Positions 54,255 to 55,219 of a DNA stretch of 55,219 nt are shown piece by piece. The first letter of the stretch is position 1. Each line of letters begins with the position of its first letter. The position numbers were made by a program, and so were the translations under genes. The stretch comes from a virus. Lineage: Duplodnaviria; Caudoviricetes. The DNA lies in the IMG/VR virus record IMGVR_UViG_3300027607_000117, positions 1 to 55,219 of that record, one strand, 5' to 3'. The notes under the pieces are model-generated. The model saw only the letters and a list, made by a program, of their open reading frames with translations, did not search any database and was not told the origin of the DNA.

Positions 54255-54546
54255 GCTCCATGACAAAGGGGACGCCATCCACCACAACAAGTTTGTAAGT
54301 TTGAATACTGTTCGCCGGAATATCGTCTTCGCCAGGTTCGTCGTTGATGGTCGAGCGATAACTCAGGTCTCGGAAACTATCAGGGCCATCCATCCATGCT
54401 GCGTACTTGGTGCCACAGATGATGCACATCGCCTTTCGGAGATTGATGTGATAATTGTTGTCATACCAACTAGGGCCGTCTTCCAAGCGGACGATAGATC
54501 CACATTGGTGGCAATTCCTCCTACACAGGTTTCTTGACACCCTCAC
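54241..54546 (-). CDS. Hypothetical zinc-binding protein
   Basis: SRNL...NC..C...C..C..KY.AW...DLSYRST.NDEP. Confidence 0.65.
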   Translation of the reverse strand: MRVSRNLCRRNCHQCGSIVRLEDGPSWYDNNYHINLRKAMCIICGTKYAAWMDGPDSFRDLSYRSTINDEPGEDDIPANSIQTYKLVVVDGVPFVMEHEFD

Positions 54547-54704
54547 TCCTCCTCGATCTGTTTGATTTCAAAGCCGCGCTGGCGAAGGCCGTCGTGAAGC
54601 CTTTCCGCCATGCGGGTGAACATCGTTGACGGCATACGAACCACCGCTAGGCTCTCCGACTCGAATTCCGCCAGAGAATCAGCCAAAGCCTCACGCGGGG
54701 TCAT
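54543..54704 (-). CDS. Hypothetical protein
   Basis: Coupled small ORF (MTPREALAD...). Confidence 0.55.
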   Translation of the reverse strand: MTPREALADSLAEFESESLAVVRMPSTMFTRMAERLHDGLRQRGFEIKQIEEE

Positions 54705-54897
54705 TGCTGGGGGCCTCCGGCCACAGGCTTTCAATTTCCTCAGCGAGGATCTCCAGCTTCTCGATAAGATCTGCGCGTGAGTAACGTTTCCGCTGTTCGA
54801 GGGAGTCAAATCCGCCCCGGCGTTCGAGCAAAACCCTGAGATTGCCCACGTATCCCAAAATCAACTGGTCCCGTGTGGCGCCTTCCATGCTAGTCAT
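54691..54897 (-). CDS. Hypothetical protein
   Basis: Coupled small ORF. Confidence 0.5.
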   Translation of the reverse strand: MTSMEGATRDQLILGYVGNLRVLLERRGGFDSLEQRKRYSRADLIEKLEILAEEIESLWPEAPSNDPA

Positions 54898-55219
54898 CAC
54901 CCTTCTCCTCATGCTCGCGCGGAACGACACCTGCAGCTTTGATAGCTGCATTAATCGCGCCCCAGGTGCTTTCGTAGTACCCATGACGATGGGTCTCGCC
55001 GTTCTCCCGCCAGTACTCCCAAAAAGCATCAGCGGCGGCGTGTTCCGGGTTGATGACCACTTGGGTTATTGAAGGCCGGGGCTTCCTGAGGTCTCTTAGC
55101 AACCGCTGCTCCATGGCGGTCACGTAAGCCTCGCACTCCACGCGGGAGGCTTTGCCAGTTCGCACTTTTCCAGCGAGACTTTGACCTTCGGTTTTGACGT
55201 AGTCCTCGAATCCATCCAT
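54890..55219 (-). CDS. Hypothetical protein (start at the window edge)
   Basis: 109-aa ORF in the nin-like run. Confidence 0.55.
   Translation of the reverse strand: MDGFEDYVKTEGQSLAGKVRTGKASRVECEAYVTAMEQRLLRDLRKPRPSITQVVINPEHAAADAFWEYWRENGETHRHGYYESTWGAINAAIKAAGVVPREHEEKGDD

Larger units (their letters stand above)
683..55219. mobile_element. Temperate podovirus-like prophage (BPP-1/APSE/epsilon15-like virion module); right end beyond the window
   Basis: att core, integrase, cI/cro switch, replication, terminase, portal, capsid, tail tube A/B, ejection proteins and lysis genes in phage-like operons; no tape measure or sheath gene. Confidence 0.95.

Overview
Almost the whole window (about 683 to beyond 55219) is a temperate podovirus-type (pro)phage, most likely from an alphaproteobacterial host. 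The left edge carries the 3' half of a tRNA-Thr(GGT) gene (att core) next to a tyrosine integrase and an overlapping xis. A leftward operon follows: cro, tRNA-fMet-like gene, DNA methyltransferase, O-like initiator with iterons, and a split Twinkle/T7 gp4-like primase-helicase. Next come the immunity region, a rightward early operon (HerA-like ATPase, RecE-like exonuclease, nucleotidyltransferase, Sak4-like ATPase, tRNA) and a long leftward late operon (Q-like regulator, glycan-active proteins, terminase, portal, capsid, tail tubes, ejection proteins, fibre, lysis). The second att site is not in the window. Two candidates for an undescribed system stand out. (1) The first early gene, an alpha-helical 250-aa protein, is followed directly by a ~240-nt structured RNA ending in a circularly permuted tRNA mimic (YrlA/Y-RNA-like topology, no Ro60 gene seen), with 6-nt periodic UnA motifs. 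(2) A LuxI/FeeM-like GNAT acyltransferase and a stand-alone PAS-like protein sit between a peptidase-less repressor and its operators, suggesting small-molecule control of lysis versus lysogeny. Also notable is an antisense LAGLIDADG endonuclease that seems to have displaced the 3' end of the methyltransferase. All family names come from motif recognition by eye; no database search was run.
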